Of a DNA stretch of 64,000 nucleotides, positions 30,851-41,400 are shown one piece after another; within the stretch, counting starts at the first letter, position 1; each line of letters starts with the position of its first letter. The translations under genes and the position numbers were made by a program. This DNA comes from an uncultured Clostridia bacterium (lineage in GTDB: Bacteria > Bacillota > Clostridia > TANB77 > CAG-508), in the NCBI GenBank assembly GCA_904387305.1, contig CAJFLB010000002.1, positions 14,761-78,760 on the forward strand. The letters run 5' to 3'. The notes beneath the pieces are model-generated. The model was not told where the DNA came from. It saw nothing but the letters and a program-made list of their open reading frames with translations, and did not search any database.

Positions 30851-31945
30851 ATGGAGAAGAATATGTGGATAAGTAAAATAAGTTTAAACAATTTTAGAAA
30901 TTATGAAAATGAAATAATTGAATTAAATAAAAATTTAAATATATTTTATGGTGAAAATGCACAGGGAAAAACGAATATAATTGAAAGTATTTTTTTATGT
31001 AGTATGGGAAAATCCTTTAGGGCTAAAAAAGATAGCGAAATGATTCAATTAGGAAAAGAAAATGCATTGATAGAAATTCTTTACGAAAAATCTGATAGAT
31101 GTGGAAAAATAAAAATTGATTTATCAAATAAAAAAAATATATTTTTAAATGGAATTAAATTAAAAAAATTAAGTGAATTATTAGGGAATATAAATGTAGT
31201 TATTTTTACACCAGACGATATTCACATTTTAAAAGGTGGACCACAAAATAGAAGAAGATTTTTAGATATTATGATCAGTCAGTTAAAACCAAATTATATG
31301 TATAATTTAAATTTATATTTAAAAACAATTGAACAAAGAAATAATTATTTAAGACAAATTAGAGAAGAAAATAAAGGCGAAGAATTATTAGATATTTGGG
31401 ATGAAAAATTAATAGAATATGCAGAAAAAATATGTGAATATCGAAAAGAATTTATAAAAAAGATACAAGAAAAAATAATAAAAATTCATAAAGAAGTAAC
31501 AGATAATAAAGAAGAATTAAAAATTGAATATCATTCAGATTGTGAAGATAAAGAAAAATATAGAAAACTATTGAAAGAAAGAAGAAAATTAGATATTATA
31601 AAAGGATATACCACAAAAGGAATTCATAGAGATGATTTCACAATATTTATAAATGATAAAGACTTAGGGACATATGGATCTCAAGGACAACATAGGACGG
31701 CAATTTTGTCTTTAAGAATGGCTGAATTAGATATTATATATGATGAAATTGGAGAATATCCAATATTATTATTAGATGATTTTATGTCAGAATTAGATGA
31801 AAAAAGAAGAAAACATTTATTAGAGAAAATTGAAAATATACAAGTAATAATCACTTGTACTGATAAAATAAAACTTGAAAATAAAAATATTTTAATATAT
31901 AATGTAAAAGACGGAAAAGTGATAAAAGAAAATCAAGAAGTTTAG
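30851..31945 (+). CDS. recF: DNA replication and repair protein RecF.
   Basis: 364 aa. Walker A GENAQGKTN. SMC-like signature. Conserved position. Confidence 0.9.
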   Translation: MEKNMWISKISLNNFRNYENEIIELNKNLNIFYGENAQGKTNIIESIFLCSMGKSFRAKKDSEMIQLGKENALIEILYEKSDRCGKIKIDLSNKKNIFLNGIKLKKLSELLGNINVVIFTPDDIHILKGGPQNRRRFLDIMISQLKPNYMYNLNLYLKTIEQRNNYLRQIREENKGEELLDIWDEKLIEYAEKICEYRKEFIKKIQEKIIKIHKEVTDNKEELKIEYHSDCEDKEKYRKLLKERRKLDIIKGYTTKGIHRDDFTIFINDKDLGTYGSQGQHRTAILSLRMAELDIIYDEIGEYPILLLDDFMSELDEKRRKHLLEKIENIQVIITCTDKIKLENKNILIYNVKDGKVIKENQEV

Positions 31946-31957
31946 GAGGATACACAA

Positions 31958-33886
31958 ATGGAAAAATATGATCATAAGTATGGGGCAGAACAAATACAAG
32001 TATTGGAAGGACTTGAAGCCGTAAGAAAAAGACCTGGAATGTATATAGGAAGTACATCTATTAGAGGACTTCATCATTTAGTATATGAGATTGTTGATAA
32101 TGGTGTAGATGAAGCTTTAGCAGGGTATTGTACTGAAATTAATGTTATTATAGAACAAGGAAATGTTATTTGTGTAACAGATAATGGTAGAGGAATACCA
32201 GTAGAAATACATCCAAAAACACATATCTCAACAGCAGAAACTGTATATACAGTTCTACATGCTGGAGGAAAATTTGGTGGAGATAGCGGATATAAAGTAT
32301 CAGGAGGATTACATGGTGTTGGTGCTTCAGTAGTAAATGCTTTATCTACTTGGGCTGAAGTAACAATAAAAAGAGATGGCGGACTTTACCAAATGGCTTT
32401 TGAAAAAGGAAAAACAGTTAAAAAATTGGAAAGAATCGGAGATGCTGAAGGAACTGGAACCAAAGTTAGATTTTTAGCTGATGATACTATTTTTGAAAGT
32501 TTAAATTATGAATACGAAGTATTAGAAAAAAGATTTAGAGAAATAGCATTTTTAACAAAAGGATTGAAAATTACAATAGAAGATCAAAGAGAGGAAACAC
32601 CTAAAAAAGCTGAATTTTGTTATGAAGGTGGTTTAATATCTTTTGTAGAATATTTAAATAAAAATAAAGAAAAGTTACATAAAACACCAATTTATATAGA
32701 AAAAGATGGAGAAATACCAGTAGAAATTGCTATACAATATACATCAAGTTATTCAGAAAATATATATACATTTACAAATAATATTAACACAATCGAAGGT
32801 GGAACACACTTAGAAGGATTTAAAAGAGCTTTAACAAAAGTTATGAACGATTATGCAAGAAATCATAACATATTAAAAGAAAAAGATAGTAATTTACAAG
32901 GTGAAGATATTAGAGAAGGAATAACGGCAGTTGTATCTGTAAAAGTAAAAGAGCCTCAATTCGAAGGACAAACAAAAACAAAATTAGGGAATAGTGAAGT
33001 TACAGGTGTGGTACAAAGTATGGTAAATGAAGCATTATCTACATTTTTAGAAGAAAATCCATCTGTAGCAAAAGCCATATTAGATAAATGTATTAGTGCA
33101 TCAAGAGCAAGAGAAGCAGCTAGAAAGGCTAGGGAATTAGTAAGAAAGAAAAGCAATTTGGAAACATCTACATTACCAGGAAAACTTGCAGATTGTAGTA
33201 GTAAAAATGCTGATGAATGTGAAGTTTATATCGTTGAGGGAGATTCAGCAGGAGGTAGTGCAAAACAAGGAAGAGATAGAAAATTCCAAGCAATATTACC
33301 TTTATGGGGAAAAATGTTAAATGTAGAAAAAGCTAGAGCAGATAAAATATATGGAAATGATAAATTAAATCCAGTTATTGTTGCTATAGGTGCAGGAATT
33401 GGTGCAGATTTTGATGTTACAAAAATAAGATATGGAAAAGTAATCATCATGGCAGATGCTGATGTTGATGGTTCACATATTAGAACATTATTATTAACAT
33501 TCTTCTTTAGATATATGAGACCATTAATAGAAAATGGAAATGTATATTTAGCACAACCACCATTATATAAATTATCTAAAAAAGGAATGGAAGATAAATA
33601 TTGTTATACAGATGAAGATTTAGAAAAAGCATATAAAGAATTAGAGGAACAGGGAATTACAAGAGACTCATTATCTTTACAAAGATATAAAGGTTTAGGA
33701 GAAATGAATCCAGAACAATTATGGGATACAACAATGAATCCAGAAACAAGAATTCTTATTAAAGTAACTATGGAAGATGCTCAAAAAGCAGATGAAATCT
33801 TTACATTATTAATGGGAGACGAAGTAGAGCCAAGAAGAGAATTTATACAACAAAATGCAAAATATGTAAGAAACTTAGATATATAA
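31958..33886 (+). CDS. gyrB: DNA gyrase subunit B.
   Basis: 642 aa. GHKL ATPase motifs. Toprim EGDSAGG. C-terminal domain. Confidence 0.95.
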   Translation: MEKYDHKYGAEQIQVLEGLEAVRKRPGMYIGSTSIRGLHHLVYEIVDNGVDEALAGYCTEINVIIEQGNVICVTDNGRGIPVEIHPKTHISTAETVYTVLHAGGKFGGDSGYKVSGGLHGVGASVVNALSTWAEVTIKRDGGLYQMAFEKGKTVKKLERIGDAEGTGTKVRFLADDTIFESLNYEYEVLEKRFREIAFLTKGLKITIEDQREETPKKAEFCYEGGLISFVEYLNKNKEKLHKTPIYIEKDGEIPVEIAIQYTSSYSENIYTFTNNINTIEGGTHLEGFKRALTKVMNDYARNHNILKEKDSNLQGEDIREGITAVVSVKVKEPQFEGQTKTKLGNSEVTGVVQSMVNEALSTFLEENPSVAKAILDKCISASRAREAARKARELVRKKSNLETSTLPGKLADCSSKNADECEVYIVEGDSAGGSAKQGRDRKFQAILPLWGKMLNVEKARADKIYGNDKLNPVIVAIGAGIGADFDVTKIRYGKVIIMADADVDGSHIRTLLLTFFFRYMRPLIENGNVYLAQPPLYKLSKKGMEDKYCYTDEDLEKAYKELEEQGITRDSLSLQRYKGLGEMNPEQLWDTTMNPETRILIKVTMEDAQKADEIFTLLMGDEVEPRREFIQQNAKYVRNLDI

Positions 33887-33912
33887 AAAATTATTTTTGA
33901 ATATAAAAATTT

Positions 33913-33947
33913 AAAGGCAGATAATAGAAACATTATCTGCCTTTAAT
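33913..33947 (+). terminator. Rho-independent terminator of gyrB.
   Basis: aaaggcagataat-agaaac-attatctgccttt. Confidence 0.6.
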
Positions 33948-34299
33948 CAGTAAAGCTAATAATAATCGCAGTTAAAACCAAGATACATAATTTTCAAATC
34001 TAGCATATATTACTATATGCGTAAACTTTAAACCACATATATTAATCATTCGCTTGACCATTAATACACCACTAACAACTAAATTCATCCAATAAAAAGG
34101 ACTACTAATAATCATTAGAAGATATAAGAATAATCGTAACTAAGATACATTACATATTATTTTGCCACAATACAGATTATAAAAAGAAAATCTAAAATAA
34201 AAATATAGCATACAAACAAGTAATATATTCACGTCGCCAACATATTATAATATTAAAAAACACCATAATACATTTTTGCTCAAATAATAATAAACGAAT

Positions 34300-34900
34300 A
34301 AACATCTAATATTATTTTTTGTTTAACTATTATTAACCTTACATTATTATTATATTCAAAAATAAAAAAAATATTCAAAAAAAATAAAAAATAATAAAAT
34401 AAAAATTAAAATGAATAATTAAAAAATAATTAAAAAATAATTAAACAAATAATTAAAACAAATAATAACAAATAATTAAAATAAATAATTAAAATAATAA
34501 TTAAAAAAATAATTAAAATAATAATTAAAAAATAATTAAAAAAATAATTAAAATAATAATTAAAAAATAATTAAAAAAATAATTAAAATAATAATTAAAA
34601 TAAATAATTAAAATAATAATTAAAAAATAATTAAAATAAATAATTAAAATAATAATTAGAATAAATAAAAAAATATATTAAATAAATAATTAAAATAATA
34701 TTTAGAATAAATAAAAAAAATATTAAACAAATAATTAAAATATAATTAGGATAAATAATGAAAATAATTAATTAAACAAATAACTAAAATAAATAATAGA
34801 AATAAAAACTAAAAAAATAATTAAATAAAAAAAGGCAGAAGAATAAAATAATATTAAAAAATAAGATAAACCAAAAATAAAAAGTAACATAAAGTCGAAT
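34300..34900. repeat. A-rich microsatellite-like tandem array (unit ~12-13 bp AATAATTAAAAA, higher-order ~36 bp), about 35 copies.
   Basis: 34398..34660 reads ...aataattaaaaaataattaaaaaaataattaaaataataattaaaaaataattaaaaaaataattaaaataataatt... No ORF on the plus strand. Confidence 0.8.
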
Positions 34901-34918
34901 TTTGTCAAAAAGTTTTTC

Positions 34919-34947
34919 TTGACAACCAATGTAAAATATTGTAAAAT
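34919..34947 (+). promoter_or_regulatory. Near-consensus sigma-A promoter for the split VirB4 gene.
   Basis: TTGACA (34919-24), 17-bp spacer, TAAAAT (34942-47). AAGGAG just downstream. Confidence 0.45.
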
Positions 34948-34961
34948 TCAGCATAAGGAGT

Positions 34962-35540
34962 GTGATAAATATAAAAGAAAAGACTGTCCAAGAATGGATA
35001 CCCATAAGACAAATACTGAAAGAAGGGATTATCGAAATTGAAAATAATATATACATAAAAATATTAGAAGTTACACCAATTAATTATAATTTAAAATCAG
35101 ATTTAGAAAAAGAAGCAATTTTAAATTCTTTTAAAATTTTTTTTCGAACTTGTCAATTTGACATTCAAATTTTAATTCAAAGTAATAAAGAAGATTTAAC
35201 TCATCATATTTCAAGAATAAAAAAATATGTATCAAAAAAAGAAAATAAATATTTAAAAAATATTAGTGAAAATTATATTCAATATATTTCTAATCTAAAT
35301 AATAATAAAAAATCATCTTCAAAAAAATTTTATATCATAATAAAAAATCAGCCAATTAATAAAAAAGAAAAAAATATAGAAATAATAAAACAAGAATTAA
35401 ATGAAAAATATATAAAAATAAAAGAATGTTTATCAAGATGTGGAAATAAAGTAAATAATATAGATAAAAAAGAAGAAATATTAAAAATATTTTTTTCTTA
35501 TTTAAATACAAAAAAATATTTAAATAAAAAAGATAACTAA
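34962..35540 (+). CDS. N-terminal fragment/domain of a Tn916-ORF16-type VirB4 conjugation ATPase.
   Basis: 192 aa. IPIRQILKEGIIEIENNIYIKILEVTPINYNLKSDLEKEAILNSF matches the N-terminus of the Tn916 ORF16 family as recalled. GTG start. Confidence 0.6.
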   Translation: MINIKEKTVQEWIPIRQILKEGIIEIENNIYIKILEVTPINYNLKSDLEKEAILNSFKIFFRTCQFDIQILIQSNKEDLTHHISRIKKYVSKKENKYLKNISENYIQYISNLNNNKKSSSKKFYIIIKNQPINKKEKNIEIIKQELNEKYIKIKECLSRCGNKVNNIDKKEEILKIFFSYLNTKKYLNKKDN

Positions 35541-35659
35541 AAGGAGGAATTAATATAGAATTAAAAAAAATAATAACAAGAAATAATAAAGAAAAAAATT
35601 TATCTATTTTAGAAGGAACAATATTTGAAAAAGATAAAATTTCTCCAGCATATATTAAT

Positions 35660-37378
35660 TTGCAAAATCCTAAATATATAGAAATTGATAATGTATATTA
35701 TACAGGAATTATTATTGTTGATTATTATAGAGAACAAACAGATATTATTTTAAAAAGTATTATAGAAAGTAACATAAATATAAATATATCTATTTTTTAT
35801 GAAAAACAGGATTCATATAAAGTAATAAAAGAGCTGACCTATCATATAGGGAATGTAGGATTAGAGGTAAAAAATAACAATGAAAATAGACAAGACATTG
35901 ACATTGCAACATCTATTTATGGAGATGCTAAATATATTAGAAAAGAAATGCAGATAAACAATGAAGATATGTATTATTTATATATATATTTATTAATATA
36001 TGCAGAAGATAAAAAACAATTAGAATATCTAATTAGTAAAATAGAAGGAATATCCCAAAGCAAAGGGATACAAACAAGAAGAGCAAATTTTAGACAAGAA
36101 GAAGTATTTAAAAGTTGTATGCCGATTATGGAAAATAATCGACTCATAAAAAATATAGCAAAAAGAAATGTATTAACATCCAGTTTAATTGCAACATATC
36201 CATTTATATCGTCAACTATTTTTGATGAAGATGGAATTTTTATTGGAACAAATATCTATAATGATTCACTTGTATTTATAAATAGATATGATACAAAAAA
36301 ATATAAAAATGCCAATATATGTATTTTTGGGACAAGTGGAGCGGGTAAATCTTTTTATACAAAATTATTAATTTTACGTTATAGATTAATGGGAATAAAA
36401 CAATATATTATAGATCCAGAAAGAGAATATGTTAGTCTTAGTGAAAATTTAAATGGAACAAGAATTATTATAGGACCAAATTCTCAAACATATATTAATA
36501 TATTAGAAATTAGAAAGGAAAGTATAGAGGAAGGGGAAAATGGATATTTAGCAACTAAAATAGGTAAGTTAATCGGATTTTTTAATTTGATTTTTGGAGA
36601 GTTAAATGAAGAAGAAAAAGCATTAATAGAAGAAAAACTAATTGAGACTTATAAAGAAAAAAATATTAACTTTGATGATAAGTCATTATATAAAAGAGAA
36701 AATAAAAAGTTAATATTTAAAAATAAAAAGGATATGCCTATATTAGAAGATTTACATAACGTTTTGAAAAAAGATAAAAAAACAGAAAAATTTGCTATAA
36801 AATTAATCCCATTTGTAAAGGGATCTATGAAATTTTTTAATCATCATACAAATATAGAATTAAAAAATGAACTTATTGTTGCTGATATATATGAATTAGG
36901 TGAAGAGAATTTAAAATATGGTATGTATTTATTTACAGATATTTTTTGGGACAAAATAAAAGAAAACAGAAAAGAAGAAAAAGCAATTTATTTAGATGAA
37001 ATCTGGAGACTAATAGGGGTAACTTCTAATAAAAATGTTGCAAGTTTTATCTACAAAATATTTAAAACAATTAGAAAATATGGAGGAAGTAGTGTTGCAA
37101 TAACACAAGATATTTCAGATTTGTTTAGTTTAGAAGGAGGAATTTATGGAAAAAGTATTTTAAATAATTCTAGTATAAAAACATTTTTTGCACTAGAGGA
37201 AGAGAATATAAAAGTACTATCAGAATATGCAAATTTATCAGAAAAAGAAAAAGTGGAAATTAAATCATTAAAAAGAGGAGAATGTTTAATGTTTGTAGGA
37301 GAAGATCATATATTAACCAGAATAGAATGTTCAGATGAGGAAAGTGAAATTATAAGAGGAGCAAATAATAATGGATAA
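35660..37378 (+). CDS. ATPase part of the Tn916-ORF16-type VirB4 protein, in the -1 frame relative to the previous ORF. The frame is open from 35537. There is no canonical start after the AAGGAGG at 35541.
   Basis: PAYINLQNPKYIEIDNVYYTG...NANICIFGTSGAGKSFYTKLLILRYRLMGIKQYIIDPEREY. Walker A and B present. About 800 aa in total with the upstream fragment. Paralog of 10038..12026. Confidence 0.7.
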   Translation: MQNPKYIEIDNVYYTGIIIVDYYREQTDIILKSIIESNININISIFYEKQDSYKVIKELTYHIGNVGLEVKNNNENRQDIDIATSIYGDAKYIRKEMQINNEDMYYLYIYLLIYAEDKKQLEYLISKIEGISQSKGIQTRRANFRQEEVFKSCMPIMENNRLIKNIAKRNVLTSSLIATYPFISSTIFDEDGIFIGTNIYNDSLVFINRYDTKKYKNANICIFGTSGAGKSFYTKLLILRYRLMGIKQYIIDPEREYVSLSENLNGTRIIIGPNSQTYINILEIRKESIEEGENGYLATKIGKLIGFFNLIFGELNEEEKALIEEKLIETYKEKNINFDDKSLYKRENKKLIFKNKKDMPILEDLHNVLKKDKKTEKFAIKLIPFVKGSMKFFNHHTNIELKNELIVADIYELGEENLKYGMYLFTDIFWDKIKENRKEEKAIYLDEIWRLIGVTSNKNVASFIYKIFKTIRKYGGSSVAITQDISDLFSLEGGIYGKSILNNSSIKTFFALEEENIKVLSEYANLSEKEKVEIKSLKRGECLMFVGEDHILTRIECSDEESEIIRGANNNG

Positions 37379-38429
37379 TATTATAACAGCTATATATGAA
37401 GAAAAAATATTAAGAAAAATAATAAAAAATAAATTAATAAAAAATGAAAATATATTATATAAAGAAGCAATTATAGATATAGTAAAAAAAAATAAAAAAA
37501 TAGATATACTTATTATTAGTGAAAAAATTCCTGGAGATATAGATATTATTAAATTAATAAAAAAAATAAAAAATATAAATAAAAAGATAGAAATTATTAT
37601 TATTTTATCAAATAAAAAAAATGAAAAAGAATTAATAAAAAATAATATAAAAGAAATTTATTTTAATAATATATTTAGCATAAATAAATTAATAAAAAAA
37701 ATAAAAGATAAAAATATAAAAAATACAAAAATAAATAATAATATAATAAATAAAAAAACAAAAAAAATAGTAGAAAAAATATATAGATTAATTAATAAAA
37801 ATAAAAAAGAAAAAATAACAGATAAAAAAATTATATTTATTTTTGGAGAAGATAAAATAAATAAAAAAATAATAGAATTATACATTATAAAAAAAATAAT
37901 TTTAGAAAATAAAAAAATAACAATTATAAATTTAAAATTAAAAAATAATAAAAAAATAAAGAATCAAAATATAGAATATAAAAAAACTATAAAATTAAAA
38001 AATATAAATTCTAAAAAAAATAGATATTATTTAAATTACAAAATAGATTATAAATTGAAAGAAAAAAAGGTAGACAGAAATATAAAAGAAATTATAAATA
38101 TTAATAAAATGTTAGAAGATAAGAATGAATTAATAAAAAGTAAAATTGTAAGGGAAATAGTAAGAAAGTATAGGAAGCAAACTGGGTATATAATTTTTAA
38201 TGTTGATTATGTAAACAATCATATATTAATAAAAAGAAGTAAATTACAGAATAAAAATTTAAATATTTTTGTAGCTGAAAATAAAAAAGAAGATTTATTA
38301 ATGTTAAATAAAAATATAAATAAAAAAATTAATTTAATTATTTTAAATTATCCAAAAAATAATTTATCAAAATATTTTTATAAAATAATATTAAAAAATA
38401 AATTTAACAAAATAAAAATAATTAATTAA
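37371..38429 (+). CDS. 352-codon Lys/Ile/Asn-rich low-complexity ORF, translationally coupled (8-nt overlap, GAGGAG SD) to the VirB4 gene. Possible degenerate receiver-like segment.
   Basis: Open for 352 codons on the A-rich strand of ~93% A+T DNA, where TAA/TAG are expected every ~10 codons. Motif IDILIISEKIPGDIDIIKLIKKIKNINKKIEIIIILS. Confidence 0.4.
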   Translation: MDNIITAIYEEKILRKIIKNKLIKNENILYKEAIIDIVKKNKKIDILIISEKIPGDIDIIKLIKKIKNINKKIEIIIILSNKKNEKELIKNNIKEIYFNNIFSINKLIKKIKDKNIKNTKINNNIINKKTKKIVEKIYRLINKNKKEKITDKKIIFIFGEDKINKKIIELYIIKKIILENKKITIINLKLKNNKKIKNQNIEYKKTIKLKNINSKKNRYYLNYKIDYKLKEKKVDRNIKEIININKMLEDKNELIKSKIVREIVRKYRKQTGYIIFNVDYVNNHILIKRSKLQNKNLNIFVAENKKEDLLMLNKNINKKINLIILNYPKNNLSKYFYKIILKNKFNKIKIIN

Positions 38430-41400
38430 TAAAATGAATTAAATAAATAATTAAAAAAAGTAATTAATAAAATATATAGTAAAAATATAAATAATTAATT
38501 AAAATTAAATAATTAATAAAAAAAATAAATTTTATAAACATTAATTAAATAGAATAAAAATTAACAATTTATTTTTTATATAATTTTATTATAAAAGTAA
38601 TAATTAAAAATAAAAATATAAAAAAAATAAATATTATAAAAATAAATAAATTTTTAAATAGAAATAAATATAAAAAATAAAAGGAAAAAATGATTAAATA
38701 AGAATTATAAAAAATAAAAGATAAACTAAAAAATATTTTTATAGTAGAAAATATTAACTAAAAAATTAGGTAAAAAGTTTATTGAAAAAATTAAAAAGTG
38801 CTTAAAAATCTAAAAGAAAAAATACTTAAAACACTATAAATTTAAGGAATTTATAAAAAATAGAAAGAATAGTTAATATGATTTAAAAGTAAACATAATT
38901 ATAAAATAATAATATAAAAAATTTTATTAAAATTATCAGTAAAATAAATATTATAAAAATAAAATATGATAGAGAATATAAAAAAATGTAAATAAAAAAT
39001 AATTAATAAAATATTTTTGAAATTAAAAATAAATTAATTAATTTTAGAAAAAGTATTATAAAAAAATAAAAACGATAATTATAAAAAATAAATAAAAATT
39101 ATTAAAAATAAAAATTAAATTATAAATAAAAAATAATTTTATTAAAAATAAAAAAATTAAAATTAGTTAAATAAAAATTATAAAAAAATAAATAATAATA
39201 AAAAATTAAATATATAATTAAAAATTTAAATAAATAATAAAAAAAATAGATTAGAAAATAATACAATTAATAATATAAAAGAAATAATTAAAAAAGGAGA
39301 ATATAAAAAATAAAAATAGCAAGTGTATAATGATTTAAAAGTTTACCAAAAAAGAATAAAAGAGTTTTGAGAAAAAGAGAAAACTAAAATAATATAAGCT
39401 AAAATGTTTCTGCTTTCAAAGAAAATGTGAAAATAATAAGTATATTAATTTTGATAAAATAGTAAACATAATCAAAAAGTAAAGATCGTAAAAAAGTTTT
39501 GAAAATTGAAAATAAGTATATAAATGAATATTTAAAAATTAAGAAAATTAGAAATGTGTAAAAATATAAAAATAATCTTAAAAAGAAATTAATAAAAAAT
39601 TTAATATAAAACAATTTAATTTTCTTAAAAAATTATTAAAAAAAATAAATAATAAAAGATAATTATAAAAAAAGATATTAAAAATTAGAAATAAAATAAA
39701 TAATTAAAAATAAATTAAATAATAAAATAATTAATATAAAAAATAAATTATTAAAAATAAAAATAATTTAAAGAATAGTTAAAATAAAAAATAATAAGAA
39801 AGTTAGATATATAATAAAAAAATTTTAAATTTAAAATTAATAATAAAAATATTATTAAAAATAATATTTTAAAATAAATAATTGAAGAATAAAAAAAGAA
39901 AAAAATCTTTTATATATAAATAAAAAGATATGAATTTTAATTAAAAGATAAGATTATGATTTAAAAGTTTACAAAATAAAGAATAAAAGATTTTGTAAAA
40001 AGGGAAAAGCTAAAATAATATAAGCTCAAAAGCCTATTCTTTCAAAGAAAATTTGAAAATAATAAGCATATTAATTTTGATAAAATAGTAAACATAATTT
40101 AAAATAAAAATAATAAATAAAGTTTTGAAAATTGAAAATAAGTATATAAATAAACAATTAAAGAATCAAGATAATTAGAAATGTATAAAAATATAAAAAT
40201 AATCTTAAAAAGAAATTAATAAAAAAATTATTATAAAACAATTTAATTCTCTAAAAAAAAAATAAATAATGAAAAGATAATTATATAAAAAAACATTAAA
40301 AATAAAAAATAATAAAAAAATAAAATATAAATTCATAAAAAATAATAATATTAAAAAACTATAATAAAATAAATAATTATATAAAATAAATTATTAAAAA
40401 ATATAATTATAAAAATTAAAAAAATAAAATATAAAATTATAATAAAATAAGAAATAATTATTATAAATATTAAATAAAAAAATTATCAAAAATAAAAAAT
40501 TAAAAATTGTAAATAAAATTAATTAAAATAAAAAATTTAAAATAATAAATAAAATTAATTAAAATAAAAAATAAATAGAATTAAAAATATAAAATAATAA
40601 TTTTAAATATAAATATAAGTAATAAAATTAATACAAATTAAAAACAAAAAATTGACAATAAAAATAGCATATAAAAATATTTAATTCGATAATAAAATTA
40701 AAGTAAATAAACAAATAATCTATTTTATCAGAATTGTAAAAGTAAAAAATTTAATAAAAGAAGGACGAATTAAAAGATTACAGAAGACAAAGTGATTAAA
40801 TTTGTAAAAATTTAAAAAATAGTAGAAAAATATAATAACTTTGGCTAGAAATCAACTATTCTAGTAAATACTAGAAAAATGTAAAGATAAAAAGTATATA
40901 AATTAACACAAAAAAGTCAACATAATACAAAAATAAAATCTAAAATAGAAATAAATAAAGGAATGATGTAAAAATAAAATATAATAAATAAAATCTTAAA
41001 ATAAGAAAAAGGAATTAATTAAAAATTTTTAAAATAAAAAATAAATCAATTAATTTAATTAAAAAAATTTTATAAAAATAATAATAAAATATAATTTATA
41101 AAAAATAGTAATATTAAAAAAATATATAAAAAATAAATATTTGTATAAAATAAATTATAAAAAAATATAATTATAATAATTAAAAAAATAAAATATAAAT
41201 TAATAAAATAAAAAAATAATTATTATAATATTAATAAAAAAATAATAATAATTAAATATAATGAAAAAAATAACTATAAAAAAAATGATAATTAAAAATT
41301 AAATATTAAATATGTAATTAAAATTGTAAATTAATAATAAAAGATAATACATTAAAATAGTAGATAATTTATTATAGAAATAAAATAGAAAAAACAAAAA

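Noticed and set aside
35523-35540. Programmed -1 ribosomal frameshift at A-AAA-AAG joining the two VirB4 ORFs.
   Set aside because: A -1 slip at that run enters a frame that hits TAA at 35534-36. The ORF2 frame only opens at 35537.
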